Part shown: in pieces, positions 21,950-33,700 of the stretch
Numbering within the stretch: position 1 is the first letter of the stretch
Layout: each line of letters opens with the position of its first letter
The notes under the pieces: generated by a model
Told to the model about the DNA's origin: nothing
Seen by the model: only the letters and a program-made list of their open reading frames with translations
Database searches by the model: none
Made by a program: the position numbers and the translations under genes
Assembly: GCA_964036045.1 (NCBI GenBank)
Contig: OZ038379.1
Span: 20,150,001 to 20,214,000, forward strand
Direction of reading: 5' to 3'
Source of the DNA: Eutreptiella sp. 'Long Island Sound 2002'
Lineage: Eukaryota; Protista; Euglenida
DNA length: 64,000 bases

Positions 21950-24900
21950 AGTTTATAAGGACCGAGGCGATGCAGGGGCAAGGTAGCAGTGCAGCCCAGC
22001 GCCACACAGAGCCACAGCGCACGAGGGAGTGCAGCAGGGGCCAGATGATTGGGCGACTAGTAGGATGAGGGATTGGCGCATCTGCTCGACTTCCAGCTTC
22101 TAGGCTAAGAGCAGCGCCACAATTTCATGCATCTAGCCTTGGTCCGAGGCGTTGTCGCCCGTGGCACGACCTGCAGCATCCGGGGACGGGATGCCCGTGA
22201 AGCGGAGCTCTTGGAGGTCGGGTCGGAGGCCTTTGCGGGCGGCGTAAGCGCCCAGGGCACACACCACGCTGCCCTATCGATGTCAAGCCCCGCAGCCGCT
22301 ACGAGTGCGGCCGTCTGCTCGGTCGTGGCCTCGACCTCCATCAGAAACTCCTCAAAGTCGACCTCCCACCTGTCCAAGTCTTGTGCATATGTGCTGCGGC
22401 CCGCAATGGCGGCGTATGGGCCTACGACCCAACGCACCCATCCCTATACCGTCGGGTGCGGCTGTGCGGGTGCTGTCCCCAGGCCCGGAGCTGTGGTGCC
22501 CTCATCTGTGTCCTTGCCTGGCACACGGCGGAAAACCCCGGCGATGAAGTCGGGCTGTAGGTGGCACCGCCCCTTGTACGCTGCCATGGCACGTGTGGCC
22601 TCCTCCGTGCTGAGGGCCACGCCCGCTCATGTGGCCATGGCCGCCACCGCCCGTCTGGCACCTCTTGTTCTGTGAGGGCTTCGAGGAAGCCCGGCTCCCA
22701 CTCGTCGAGCGGCTGGTCAAAATGGGCAGTCTTGAGTAGGGCCTGGTATGGGCCCTGTACCCATTTTGCCCATGCAAGGAGGGATGAGTTGGACGCCGTG
22801 GTAATGCCAGGGGCGCTCTCCGCAGGTGTCATGGTGGCATCTCCGTTTGTGGTGTCGCCTTTCGCCAGCATTCCGCCACATAGACGGTCGAGGAGTTCCA
22901 AAGTAGATCCCTCCCCTATGCCATACTCTGCCAGGGTGCAGCCACCGCGGACCAGCTGCTTGCCCGCAAATACCAATCGCTGCCGATGGGTCGGGCGTGG
23001 ACTCGTTCGCGGATTTTCGTTCGGATGTCGCGCACACGGACATGCCATGATTGGACACAAAATGTCATGGTACGCCCCGTGTCCACCCGCACGAAGAGCT
23101 GGTGCACAGGTGCGCATTCAGCACCATGGGTTGCCATGCCGTCCGCTGTTGTCCTGCCACCGCGCGTCGCTGAGGCCACTGCCTCGCCATTGCTGTGGGC
23201 GTGGCGGTAGGGTGTGTGCCCGACGCCCGCTGGTGTGCCTTCCATGATTGCCATGTTTATCGGCAATTTCGGGGCCTCCATCGCCGGATCCTGCCGCATC
23301 TTGCGCATCCCGGCACTTGCTGCCGGCGCGTGCGCGGTCTCTCGTTGGGCCGCTCCCGGTGTAGGGGTTGTCCCCAGTCGTTGTGCCTACATGTCGGCCG
23401 TCAACCGGTGGGTCCAAGTCCACGGTGCCCTGCGGTGGCTGTGGCCGTTAGCAGGCTGCCGCAGCGCCGTCCGCATCTTGTGTGTTGCGCAAAAGTGGTG
23501 CTGGTTGATGGTGCTGCAGTAGGCCGCCAAGCGCACCAACGCCTCCAATGCCTCTGCACGCCCATCCAGCACTGCTCGGTAGCTCGCCTCGGCCTCTAGA
23601 TCCTGTGCCCGGACGCAGCAGGCACGGTTCAATGACTGTTGATCCCCCGTTAGGCCGTGCCAAGCGTGTCGCGGCATGTAGAGGATGCTCACAATCCTCT
23701 GGGCAGTCCTGAGGCACGGTGCATGGAAACAACCCCACATCAGTGGGCCGTCATACTGCCGGCCTGTCAGCCCTAACTGGGTCAGTGCGTGGGCGACGAG
23801 CCGGAGGGGGACCGTGAGGGCGGCCCGGTGCTCAGCAGGAATCAAACTGTACATGCGCGCCCAAACATGGTGTCACTGGCCTCATCGGGATGTGCGTGCA
23901 TCGGTGCCATATCCAGCTGCTGGGTCGTGTAAGTCTGAGTCCCCTCTGCTCGCATCTCCACCGCACTCGGCGCCAAGATACCAGTGTTGCTACAGTGAAA
24001 CGCTAGCCTGTCACCGTTGGGGGCCAGCTGTTGACGGCAGACCTCTAGTCGCTGCCAGCACATCCGCAATGCCTGTTGGGCTTCACCATGGCGCTGCCCT
24101 CGCTGCTGTTTCAGGCTCACGTGGAAGTGTAGGCGTGGGCGGCGGCGGTACGATCGACGAGGTTGGCGGAGTGGTCGGTTCCGGTGTCTCCAGAGGAGGC
24201 TGAAGTCGGGCCGCTTCCGGAGGCGGCAGAGGCGGCGGAGCTTCGTGCGTCGGTGTGTACGAGGGTGTCGTTGCTGTGCACACGGGTTCGTGGTCTGAGG
24301 GGCCATCTGAACAACGTCAGCCGCTGGCGTGCTGTCCATGATGGCCACGTGCGTTGCCACGGCCCCCATCGCCGGATCCTGCTGCACTGGGCGCATCACG
24401 GCACTTGCTGCCGGCGCGTGCGCGGTCTCCGGCCCCACCAGCGGCGCTGTTTGGGCAGCTCCCGGTGTTGGGGTTCTACCCAACCGCCGTGTCTGCACCT
24501 TAGCCTCGGGCTGCCACAAGGCCGCTTGCAGGCTGTGCCACTCCTCCACAAGGGTCTGCAGCCGCGCATCCGTGTCATCCCGGGAGCGTCTCTGCTTCTT
24601 GTGGGACAGCTGCTTGTCCTGCACAAGCTCTACCGTGCCCTAGTGCATCTCGGCGTCGAGGCAGGACACGGTCCCGCGGCTCCTGGTGTCAGTGGCTAGC
24701 CGGTCGACCATGGGCGCGTCGCTGCGCTGGGCCGCGCTACCCGTCCGCAAAGGGGCGACCTAGGCCTGCGTGCGGTCCAGGCGCGCTTCGAAGTCAGCCG
24801 GGCTAACGTTGCCGCTGCGGAGCCAGTCGTCAAGTTCGGTCTAGAGGATGGGGAAGTTGGAGGCAATGTTCACCTGGCACGATGCGCTGACGTGCTCGGG

Positions 24901-25150
24901 GTACACGGTAAGCCGCTTGTCGTGGCGGTGATGTTGCCGAAGGTGTAGGCGTTGGGGACGGTGGAGACGCCGTGAATGCGGGCCATGCGGTACTTGCGGC
25001 CATCGGCGTGGCCGTTCAGGAGGATGCGCGCAGGGCAGCTGCAGACCATGTCATCGGCGGCCTGCCGCTATTTCACCCGCTTTTCCGGGTCGTCGCTCAA
25101 GAGGCGCACCGATAGGGCCTCCGCCAGATCGCACCTTGAGGTGCCTGCGG
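21950..25150 (-). pseudogene. Long decayed ORF region (about 1000 codons) containing a ubiquitin-like domain and an internal peptide repeat; probably mobile-element cargo
   Basis: GC-rich, codon-like frames are joined by frameshifts and TAG stops (25140-24400, 23840-23390, 23310-22100). An internal repeat is present: PTPGAAQ..ETAHAPAASA.MR...QDPAM at 23236-23390 and 24337-24500. Confidence 0.6.
22872..23104 (-). pseudogene. Ubiquitin-like domain (one frameshift)
   Basis: HQLFVRVDTGRTMTFCVQSWHVRVRDIRTKIRERVHAR / PTHRQRLVFAGKQLVRGGCTLAEYGIGEGSTLELLDRLCGG aligns end to end with ubiquitin, including the QRLIFAGKQL, TL.DY.I..ESTL.L and C-terminal GG features. Confidence 0.85.
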
Positions 25151-25178
25151 TTTTCACTAAAAAAATATGATGCACACG

Positions 25179-25733
25179 GAGGATGGTGCAAGAGGGGTAG
25201 TGGAGGGATGTATCATTAGGATGAAGCGTCAAAAATCTAAGCCTAAGATAGGGGACATGCAACAATGCACCAGGGGCAATAGCAAGCATGCACGGCGGGG
25301 CAACAAACAAAATGGCACTTCTTGGTTTAGCTTTTCTCGTTCTAATCTTGGTTTAGTCTAGGCTAGAACGCCCAGGCGATGTCGTTCTAGGCGAGAACGA
25401 AACTGGGTTTTCTAGCATGTACCTAGGATCCCACTGCAGTTCGCGTAGAAGCCATTGGTAGAGGTATGTTGCCACAAGGTCAACCCCTAGTACCGCCTAG
25501 CGAGCTTACAAATTTGGGGACAAGAGTGCATGTGCTGCCTTTGGCCGCCAAGGTGAGTCCCCTGCGAAGTGCGGGAGGTTATCCAGGCGCAAAGTCCGGG
25601 TCCGGTTGTGGGTTGGCTACCCTAAACGGTGCAATGAACCATGTCTTCACGGCGGAGTTGCCTCGGACTGCCGTTCTTCGGAACCGGCAAAGGTCGCATT
25701 GGGCCTGTTGCATACCGGATCTGACCTTATGGT
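25179..25733 (+). repeat. 555-bp direct repeat, copy 2
   Basis: Direct copy of 20795-21349. Confidence 0.93.
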
Positions 25734-27699
25734 CCATCAAAGCGCGCACCGCCGCTGACGTGTTCTTTTGTTCGTCCACTGCTAGCGTTGGCTTGGGGTG
25801 CGATTGTACAAATTAGGATGGGGCCTATATCATGGTGTGTGTTCTCTTGACGGGGTGTGGATGGTCATTTTGGGGCAACAGGTGTTGCTTGGGCCATCGT
25901 GTCATATGGAGCTTGGACTTTCGGAACGTGGGCAACGGTAAGCGGGACACCCAGCCTATGACAAGTGGCGGAACGTATTTGGTGCGGCTTTGCCACATAT
26001 ACACCTTTGTGGCCCCCTGCGTGGGGCGAGGTCACAACTTGCGCAACAACCGGCGGATTGATGCCCCAGAACTTGGGTGTGAAAAATAGAGGCATCCAGC
26101 CTGCGACCTCTTCAGTGTGTGACAAGGTCGCGGGGTCAACATTGGGTGTGTGTGCAAGGGCAAGTTGTTGCACTGTGTGCGCACTGCGTGGGCACGCACG
26201 ATGAAACCTAGCCAGGGAAGAAGGGAGGAAACCACCCTACAGTTATGCACGCTTCAAAAAGGTCTTCATATCCTTGGTGGTTGGTGGTTGTGGCCAAGCG
26301 CAATCTGCTTTTGCGTGAGTGTATTGGAAGATGGTGGCAGCCTTATGGGGACATAGGCATTCTGCCTTGACCCGATTGGGGCCCAACTTGTAGCAATATG
26401 CAGCACTGTGTGGGCCATTACTGATAAGCCACGCTACCGATTTGCAATGATCCGAGAGTGCAGATAATCCACAAAGCACATTGTTTCTTGGAGATAGGAA
26501 GGCAATGGCCATGAAAGTTCGAATCCGCTTTGGAGTGTGCAACACCCCACCTGCCGATTTGTTGTGTTGTGAATGTACACAATGTCCAATGATTCCCCAT
26601 CATCATAATCCCCCATCCACCTTTAACAAAGAACGTGCAGCAAAACTAGGTAAAAATGGGCCAAAATGGCTGAAAATGGCTGAAAATGGGTGGCAATTCA
26701 AATGTGCCACATCCTCAATGCACAAGAAGCGTAAAAAAAAAACCTGCTATGGGACAGCGGACAGCAAACTTGTGAAAAAGGGCCATGGGGGCATGGGTGC
26801 ACAGCGCGTGCAGCGCAGGCACATTGCGCACATGACAGGAAGAAATTGGGGGCTTTTGCTACAATTGGCAATATTCTTGCCTATACAAACCATACTACAC
26901 CCCTACAACGTTGGACGGCCTCATGTTTCACCCCACCCCCAGCATAAGAGATGCCAGTGTACCTAGCCACATCAAAGACACATGCGGGAAAAAAGCAAGA
27001 ATAAAGTTTGTCCTTAACTCGTAGTGTGAATGCCATACTCCCCTTCGCTTAGCATACGTACAGAACCTGCATTACTCGACATAGCGTCCACACCCACAAC
27101 CTCCTTTCGGCTATGCACAGCCACACGGCGATACCTCTTGTTTCGCGATGGGATTTCTGTGCTGTCGGCCAATGAGGAGGACGAATCAGAAGTATCTGCA
27201 CTTACAGTAGAGCCACCGGATTTGTATTGGGCAAATCCGGAAAAAGATACCACGAACCTACAAGAAAGGATGCACAACAACACATACCAATGCACCAGAT
27301 TTGTGGGCAAAGCATGCATGCAACTCATATAAATGCATAACACGGCTCATTGTTACGGGTACTAGGCACTACTATGAAGGTTGGGCATGGTCCTGCACAA
27401 ACTTTGCGCACAGTGCGGGCACGGCGCGCAATACACCCCTCATAACTAGGGTTCAAGTAGTTGCCGGCATACAAAATGTTGCACTACATGTGCACTACGT
27501 GCACAGCATTCCCCAAGCATTAGGTCTTGCAGTCCCCCTTGTGCTCGGAGTTAATGCCAAAATGTGGGAGGCTCTGGGGGAATGTTTGCCCGGCGCGCGC
27601 CCGGCGCGCTACTTTTAGACTATGTTCCCCCCAAAGAGCCCCCAAGCACACCCCTTGGAAACGCCCTTCGAATTAGGTGACCCAAACTTCCCCAGCTCA

Positions 27700-27880
27700 A
27701 GAAAGTTGCAAACTGGGGTACACAGTACCACTCTCGCTCCTTTAAGGGCAATCTTGGTCAACACCTTAGCAAATTGGGAGAATGGGGGGTTAGGATAGCA
27801 CAACCGCATCGATCTCCAGTAGAAGCGATAGGCGTCATTGAGGTATCGCGAGCAGTAGAGCTGCATCATAACATTGGTCC
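27700..27880 (-). pseudogene. N6-adenine DNA methyltransferase-like fragment (DIRS-type MT domain)
   Basis: NVMMQLYCSRYLNDAYRFYWRSMRLCYPNPPFSQFAKVLTKIALKGARVVLCTP contains the NPPF motif IV and the following VL.KI....VL..P pattern of Dam-like MT domains in DIRS elements. Confidence 0.75.
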
Positions 27881-27984
27881 CACAAGTGTGGGTGTCAATA
27901 CATTCAGTACAATAGTGCTCCTTACACTCATCCCAAACTACAACGGTGGAGCGTTATGGCAACACAACACACACACTTCTGCCT

Positions 27985-28300
27985 CATCCTTTGCCTCATC
28001 TTGCGTGCCACAACCGAGCAAACAGCTGCTCAATGCGTGCCCTATACCACCCGTGCACGTCATTATAACATTGTTGGCGGGCTGTCAAAGTGCCATTCTT
28101 TCTTCCAATGAATGGCACAATGACATGAATCCGGCCCTTATAAGCACCATCATGGCCCCCAACTTCGAAATCAAAGAAATCACCTCGGGTACGAGAAGGT
28201 CCATACCCATCCCAAATCTGCTGATGTCCCGGGGGCCAAGGGGCAAATCCATATAATGTTGCCCAACATATCAACGGCAACAGTCCACCGGTAGGGCACG
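27985..28300 (-). pseudogene. PIF/Harbinger-type (DDE_Tnp_4) transposase catalytic fragment
   Basis: VAVDMLGNIIWICPLAPGTSAD, then after a frameshift GHDGAYKGRIHVIVPF..LTARQQCYNDVHGWYRARIEQLFARLW. These are the second D and E motifs of Harbinger transposases. Confidence 0.8.
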
Positions 28301-28399
28301 GGTAAAAAAAGATGCGCGGCGCGCGCCCGGCGCGCTAACGTTCCCCCTCTGATGGACGCTCCCAAATGGAGTTGAAATCGCCCATGATGACTCCCAAAT

Positions 28400-29927
28400 T
28401 GGGCAGTTGCGCTCACCACTGGCGGAGGATCTCCCAGTGGTCTTTGGTAAAGGAGCCATGGATGTTTGCAATGGTGAACAATGGCTGGCCCAAGAGGGAT
28501 AATTTAATGGTGCACGCCATGTTCAAAGGATCGCTTTTCAACAAATTCAAAGCCTTAATCAAATTTATAGGAACCTTTCCTTCTGAATAGAGCTGCGAAT
28601 CCTTCGTCAAGAAAACCAACAAATGGCCGAAATGATCCAGCCACCAATTTTCATGGGTGCGCCAAATAGCCCACGGTGTGGAAAAATAATTTTGGGGGGC
28701 AACGTCTTGTGTAAACCATCTCCGCCACCGTGATACATACCGCTTTGCATGCACCACAGCTGGCGCAATTTCAAGAAGTGCAACCGGTTGAGCATCCAAT
28801 GATTTCATGACTCTTTTGCCACATTGTTCAACGCATGACCAAAGCAAGGCACCCACCATGCATTGGGACACAACAGCTTCAAGATAGCATTGAAGGCCTT
28901 TTTTTGCTTTGAATTGACGGCCTTTTGTAAAACCGATGCCAAGTCCTTTACAAAGGCAATCCCCTTTGAAACATGAACCCCCAATGTGCCAAGCGCCGTG
29001 AAAACGGCCGTGCCCAATTCATGATGTTCAACTCCATCATTGGGGCCCTTGCACTGCAACACCTCAGTGGTCACCACCAAAACACGGCTTCCAATATCCA
29101 ACAAAATGTTGATGATGGCGTGACCCTAGTTGTATGTCCATTCATCAGTCCCAACCCAAACTTTGGAACTGCCTTTGGCAACTTTGCGACGGGCCCCAAT
29201 GTGGCATTAATGCACACAATCAACGCTACGGTACAACGTGTCCCCTTTGGCAATGCAACGAGAAACAGTAGTGCATCTCCGAAACTTCCAATTTGTTGGG
29301 GGGAATGCCTGCTTGCAAAAAGGCTGCAGCAAAATCATACGACATCATTTCCTTGTGCTTCATACCATCCAAAAGAGACTTCAAGTCGACTTGCTTTTGA
29401 GGGGCTACCACAGTTTCGGCTTGCTTGCTTGTCCAAGCGTTGTTGCTACCCTCAGGCTGCTCAAATTTGGGCTCGAATTTGGGCTGCAATGGTGCGGAAA
29501 GAGCAAGTTCATCAGTTTTGAGCAATCATGCTTCGCTTTCTTGTGGGAATTCCAATGTGTTGTTTCACAGTATTCTTCTCCTTGTGGTAAATTGGTTGTT
29601 CACAAAAGATACACCACATGGTGTCCCCTCAAACCGTCATCTCGTCAGGAAATTGTTGTGCTCTTTTCCGGGCTGTCATTGTTGCACCACGGGTCCGTTT
29701 CCTCGCCTTTTTCGTGCCTTTGCCCATACCTTTAGCATGAGACCCAGAGCCTGAAGTGCCAGAGTCGGGCATTTGTGTGCACATAACTGCGGACAGGACA
29801 ATAGCAGGTGAGAAAAGCCATGGAAAATCACGGAAAATGACAGATCATTACGGAAATGGGTTTCGGGGAAAATCACGGAAAATCGCGGAAAACCATGGAT
29901 ATTCACGGATTCGGTTTGATTGACCTG
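28400..29927 (-). mobile_element. Decayed hAT transposon with CGGBP1-like zinc-finger transposase
   Basis: Motifs in order: MTARKRAQQFPDE..MWCIFCEQPIYHKEKNTVKQHI (zinc finger), FLQAGIPPNKL, VWVGTDEWTYN*GHAIINIL (first catalytic D), WVPCFGHALNNVAK (CxxH). Subterminal GGAAAATCACGG repeats lie at 29820-29895 and a candidate CAGG terminus at 29927. Confidence 0.8.
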
Positions 29928-30389
29928 TTGTGCTTTTGTGTTTTTGTTGCACCTAGTCTCGGTATCTGCGAGGCTTATCCTATGTACTTCCCTTCTTTGT
30001 AGTCCCCCCCACGGCCACTGTAATCTCACAACATCTACTAATGTCATTTGGAACGGAATTTTGAAAGCATGTTGAATGCAGTACACCATTCGTGGCTTTT
30101 TGGGAGAAAGAAATGAGTTGATTGCTCGAATTCTCCATCATTCAGAGCACACTGCACCCCTACTTAGTTCACAAATTTTGAGTTCATGCAATACCACCTT
30201 CAGGCAGCCCTTTCATTGCAACCCAACAGCAATGAAAAAGAACATATTCACACACAATCAGAGACATGTGTCATCCCAGTTGGCGCCTTCTTCTACTTCA
30301 CCCAATCCTGTACAGGCACATCTTGAGGCGACAAAATCACTTGCTGCATAGCACTTGGAGAAGCAATGCTCATGCTGGACACAAGCACG

Positions 30390-30412
30390 CACACATGCAC
30401 ACACGCAGACAT

Positions 30413-30458
<46 letters not shown>

Positions 30459-30566
30459 CAAAAAACTCCCAACACAAACACCCTGGGTGCAAACAGGGCA
30501 ATGCACTGGACAATCAAGAACAGCTTGTCAGGCCGACATGGAGTGTGTGAAACAGGCCATGCGGCA

Positions 30567-30605
<39 letters not shown>

Positions 30606-30610
30606 GGAAA

Positions 30611-30641
<31 letters not shown>

Positions 30642-30642
30642 C
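30390..30642 (+). repeat. (CA)n and (GA)n microsatellites
   Basis: Runs at about 30395-30452, 30565-30607 and 30610-30640. Confidence 0.9.
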
Positions 30643-30779
30643 AACCAAAGACCGTCCAGCATGCCGGAAATTCACATCTTTCACAGTCAATAAACCAGTG
30701 TTACTTCGTTAGCAGTTGAAAGCCTGCTTGGGCTTCCACATGACAGCACGTGGTTCACCCTATCATCCACACTCCATCA

Positions 30780-33700
30780 CCTCAATGCAGACTCTGCCAT
30801 TAGCTAAACTGACAAGCTGCTCCTGTGTCACGACTTTCGGGGTATCCACACACAGCTGTCGTGCACACAAATTGAAATGATAACTTGTTCCACCGACATA
30901 GAAAGATTGCAAGATCAGATGCCAACAACCAAAGACACAGCTACGTGGATTTATGCATAATTTACACATGGATATGCAACCAGCCCGATCTGCATACACA
31001 TGCACGCAGACACAAATTCCAAATAGCAATGCACCAGGCGTCTGCTGTTCCCTTATCACCTGTCATGGTAAATTTCAACCGAGGCGAAAGCTGCCGTACC
31101 AGGCCTGAGAGGATGCAAAATTCCAAAGACGAAAAATTAAATGAATCATCTCAGTCCTTGGAATCAAAATTTTGAAACCACAATGCCCAAAATGTGGTTA
31201 GAAGGCAGAGGCTTCGTCATTTCCCTGTTATGATCCAGGGAGGACAACTGTTCCTGGTGCTGGAACACAGGGGATATAACGGAAATAATCATTTTGAGGC
31301 TTGTGACCCAGCTTTGCAAAAGACAAAGCGTGGTATATAGCCTTTCCAAAAAATAAAGAACTGTTAAGCTGTGCTTGTGAAATGAGGATGAAGCAATACT
31401 ATCCAACGGAACCTTCCATTGAGAAAACCAAACAAAAGATGCTTCTGTCCGTTCCCTGAGACTTTGGTAACTCCAATTAAAACAGTGCCCACAAGTGCGA
31501 CGGATCTTTATTTTCACATCTCAGTTTCAGGCGAAGTGGCAGATCCTCGGGAATTGAATCGCATTGGTCGCACTGCACATTGCCAGATGAACTCAAAGAC
31601 AGACCTGTGCCAAGAGAAAAAAAAAACATTTCAGTCCCTCGAATGTCAAGATACTGGCAGCATCTGGCACCGCAGTCCTCACCTGAGCAGAGCAATCGCT
31701 GTCATACCAGCCCTGCAGAGCTCTTCTTGGTTTGTAAAGAAGAGGCCTGGGCTCCGCCTCAGTGGTTCTTCCTATGTGCCCAAACTTGACCTCCATCGCA
31801 CCCAAGCACCACCTTTGTCACCCCAGAATCGGTGAATCAGTGGGACCAGGAGCCTTTGGCGCCACAACTCCTTAGCCAACTCCTTATCCACATATACACC
31901 AAACACACACCAGCAACCCCTTGAGTGGAATCCAGGGGGAACATCGCAGCAGAATACAACTGCAACGCTGATACAGGACAAAGCATCTATCCTGGCCCCA
32001 GTCTTGCTTTCAGAGGGGTACGCTGCACATGGGCTCTCACTCGCCTTGGGTCAAAGACACAAAACCAGTGTGTAGAGGTGCGCTGAGCCAACCAGCGCCA
32101 GGGGTCTGGCATCGTACAAATACAATGCTGACACCCTGGTCTTTCGCTGCACGCAATCTGCCCTGCCTTACGTCTGCTGCAGGGCACATGGTCGCGTGCC
32201 TTCCACAACCTCTGCACTGCTGAGGTGCTTGGAGAGATTGGTGGACAGCGGAGGGTAGAAGGCGGGGGCAGGGTCCCGAGATCCGGGACGCTCCCCGTTT
32301 CGGATCGGCCTCAGAGAATCTTCAGAATGGCTGAAAAGGATGTTTGACAAAATTTCAGACGTGCAAAAATTCTGTGGTGCAGCAACTCATCAGCTTTTTG
32401 CACAACAGGGGGGGGGGGGTGCCTTGAGGTATGCCTTCACACACGACTTCACGAACAAATTGGAAGTGTGAAAATGAACATCAGCAGCCAGAAACAGCAG
32501 TAAACATTGCACTGAACATGCAGCAGGAAGGCCGTCGCTCACTTCTTCCTGTGAGAGGAGGGGGGGTAATGAAGAGGCGTTGAACTTCATCTGGGACACC
32601 TGAAGACTGGGGGCAGCGAGCTAAATGCGTGGTTCTGGGGTTGGGGGGGGGTTCATGACAGGTCGGGGCGGTGGGGATGCCCATGACGTCCATCTCCTTA
32701 GGGTCATATGAAAGCAATATCCTGGGCTGCCCTTGTCACTTGACACCTGGACATTCACCTGAACCGTGTCGTGCTTGAAAAGAGTGCTTCAGTGAGATCT
32801 GTGTGGAGGAGAGACGGTGACGGGTCACGTGAACAGAGACAGGGAAGGTGAAACAAAATGGCTGTACACATGACTGCACACGGCGTGGGTCACCATAAGA
32901 GGGGCCTACGTCGAGTTGTGACGGAGAAGAGATGAGGGAACAGCGCAATAATGCGGCGGCTAGGTGCCCATCCAAGCAACAAACACCTTGCGGGAAGAGT
33001 GCTCCAAGGGCGTAGACAGGGGCCTACTTAAACAGTTAAATGGACAGCGAGGCCTGTTGTCGAACATGGGCAAGGAGACTGTGTGCGCGTGGGTTGTGCA
33101 CCCAACGACCCCACTCGTTCTTGTGAATCGGATCCCCAAAAGGCGTTGTGGGATGATACTTGTAGGTCAACTTACACTGAAGAGCCTCCTGCACTTTGGC
33201 CCTCGCTACCACAATCTCGGCAACAGGAAAAATTGGAGACGGGTGCCGTTCCCTCCATAGCAACTGTAGCAATGACGCCAGTAAGCCCCATGATGCAGCG
33301 GCCGCACGCACCAACACACTTGATGCGATTCACTGGCAAATGGCTGCCATGTACAACACGGACGGACTGGATCACGGACCAATCCCCCCACCGCATATTG
33401 TTGACAATATAGCTCGGGAGCAACTTGCCCTTTGTGAACACGTCATCTCCAATCATTTCAACAACTTGAGATTTCTGCAGCTGGCACATGCCCAAGTTTG
33501 CTGCCACTTCAGTCAGGCAAAATCCACTTCAAGGATGACCCTTAATGCAATGCGCGGAAGGCCGCCCCCCCCTTCCCCTGGAGGGCCCTGGAGCAACAAT
33601 TCACACACCACTATGGACATACAGATATGGCACGGATCAGAGGTATGCACTGAGTATCCACACGGACCTCAGGCCAAACAGGACAGACAGATGTAGGTCA

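Noticed and set aside
15060-25150. TAG reassigned to Gln (alternative genetic code) as an explanation for the many in-frame TAGs
   Set aside because: Some TAGs fall where Trp is expected (YR LL*GS*AS) and others where Gln is expected. The intact TPR, TOG and Gypsy frames contain no internal TAG. Mutation explains this better.
20795-25733. Canonical LTR retrotransposon
   Set aside because: No TG..CA termini, TSD, PBS or PPT, and no gag-pol motifs between the repeats.
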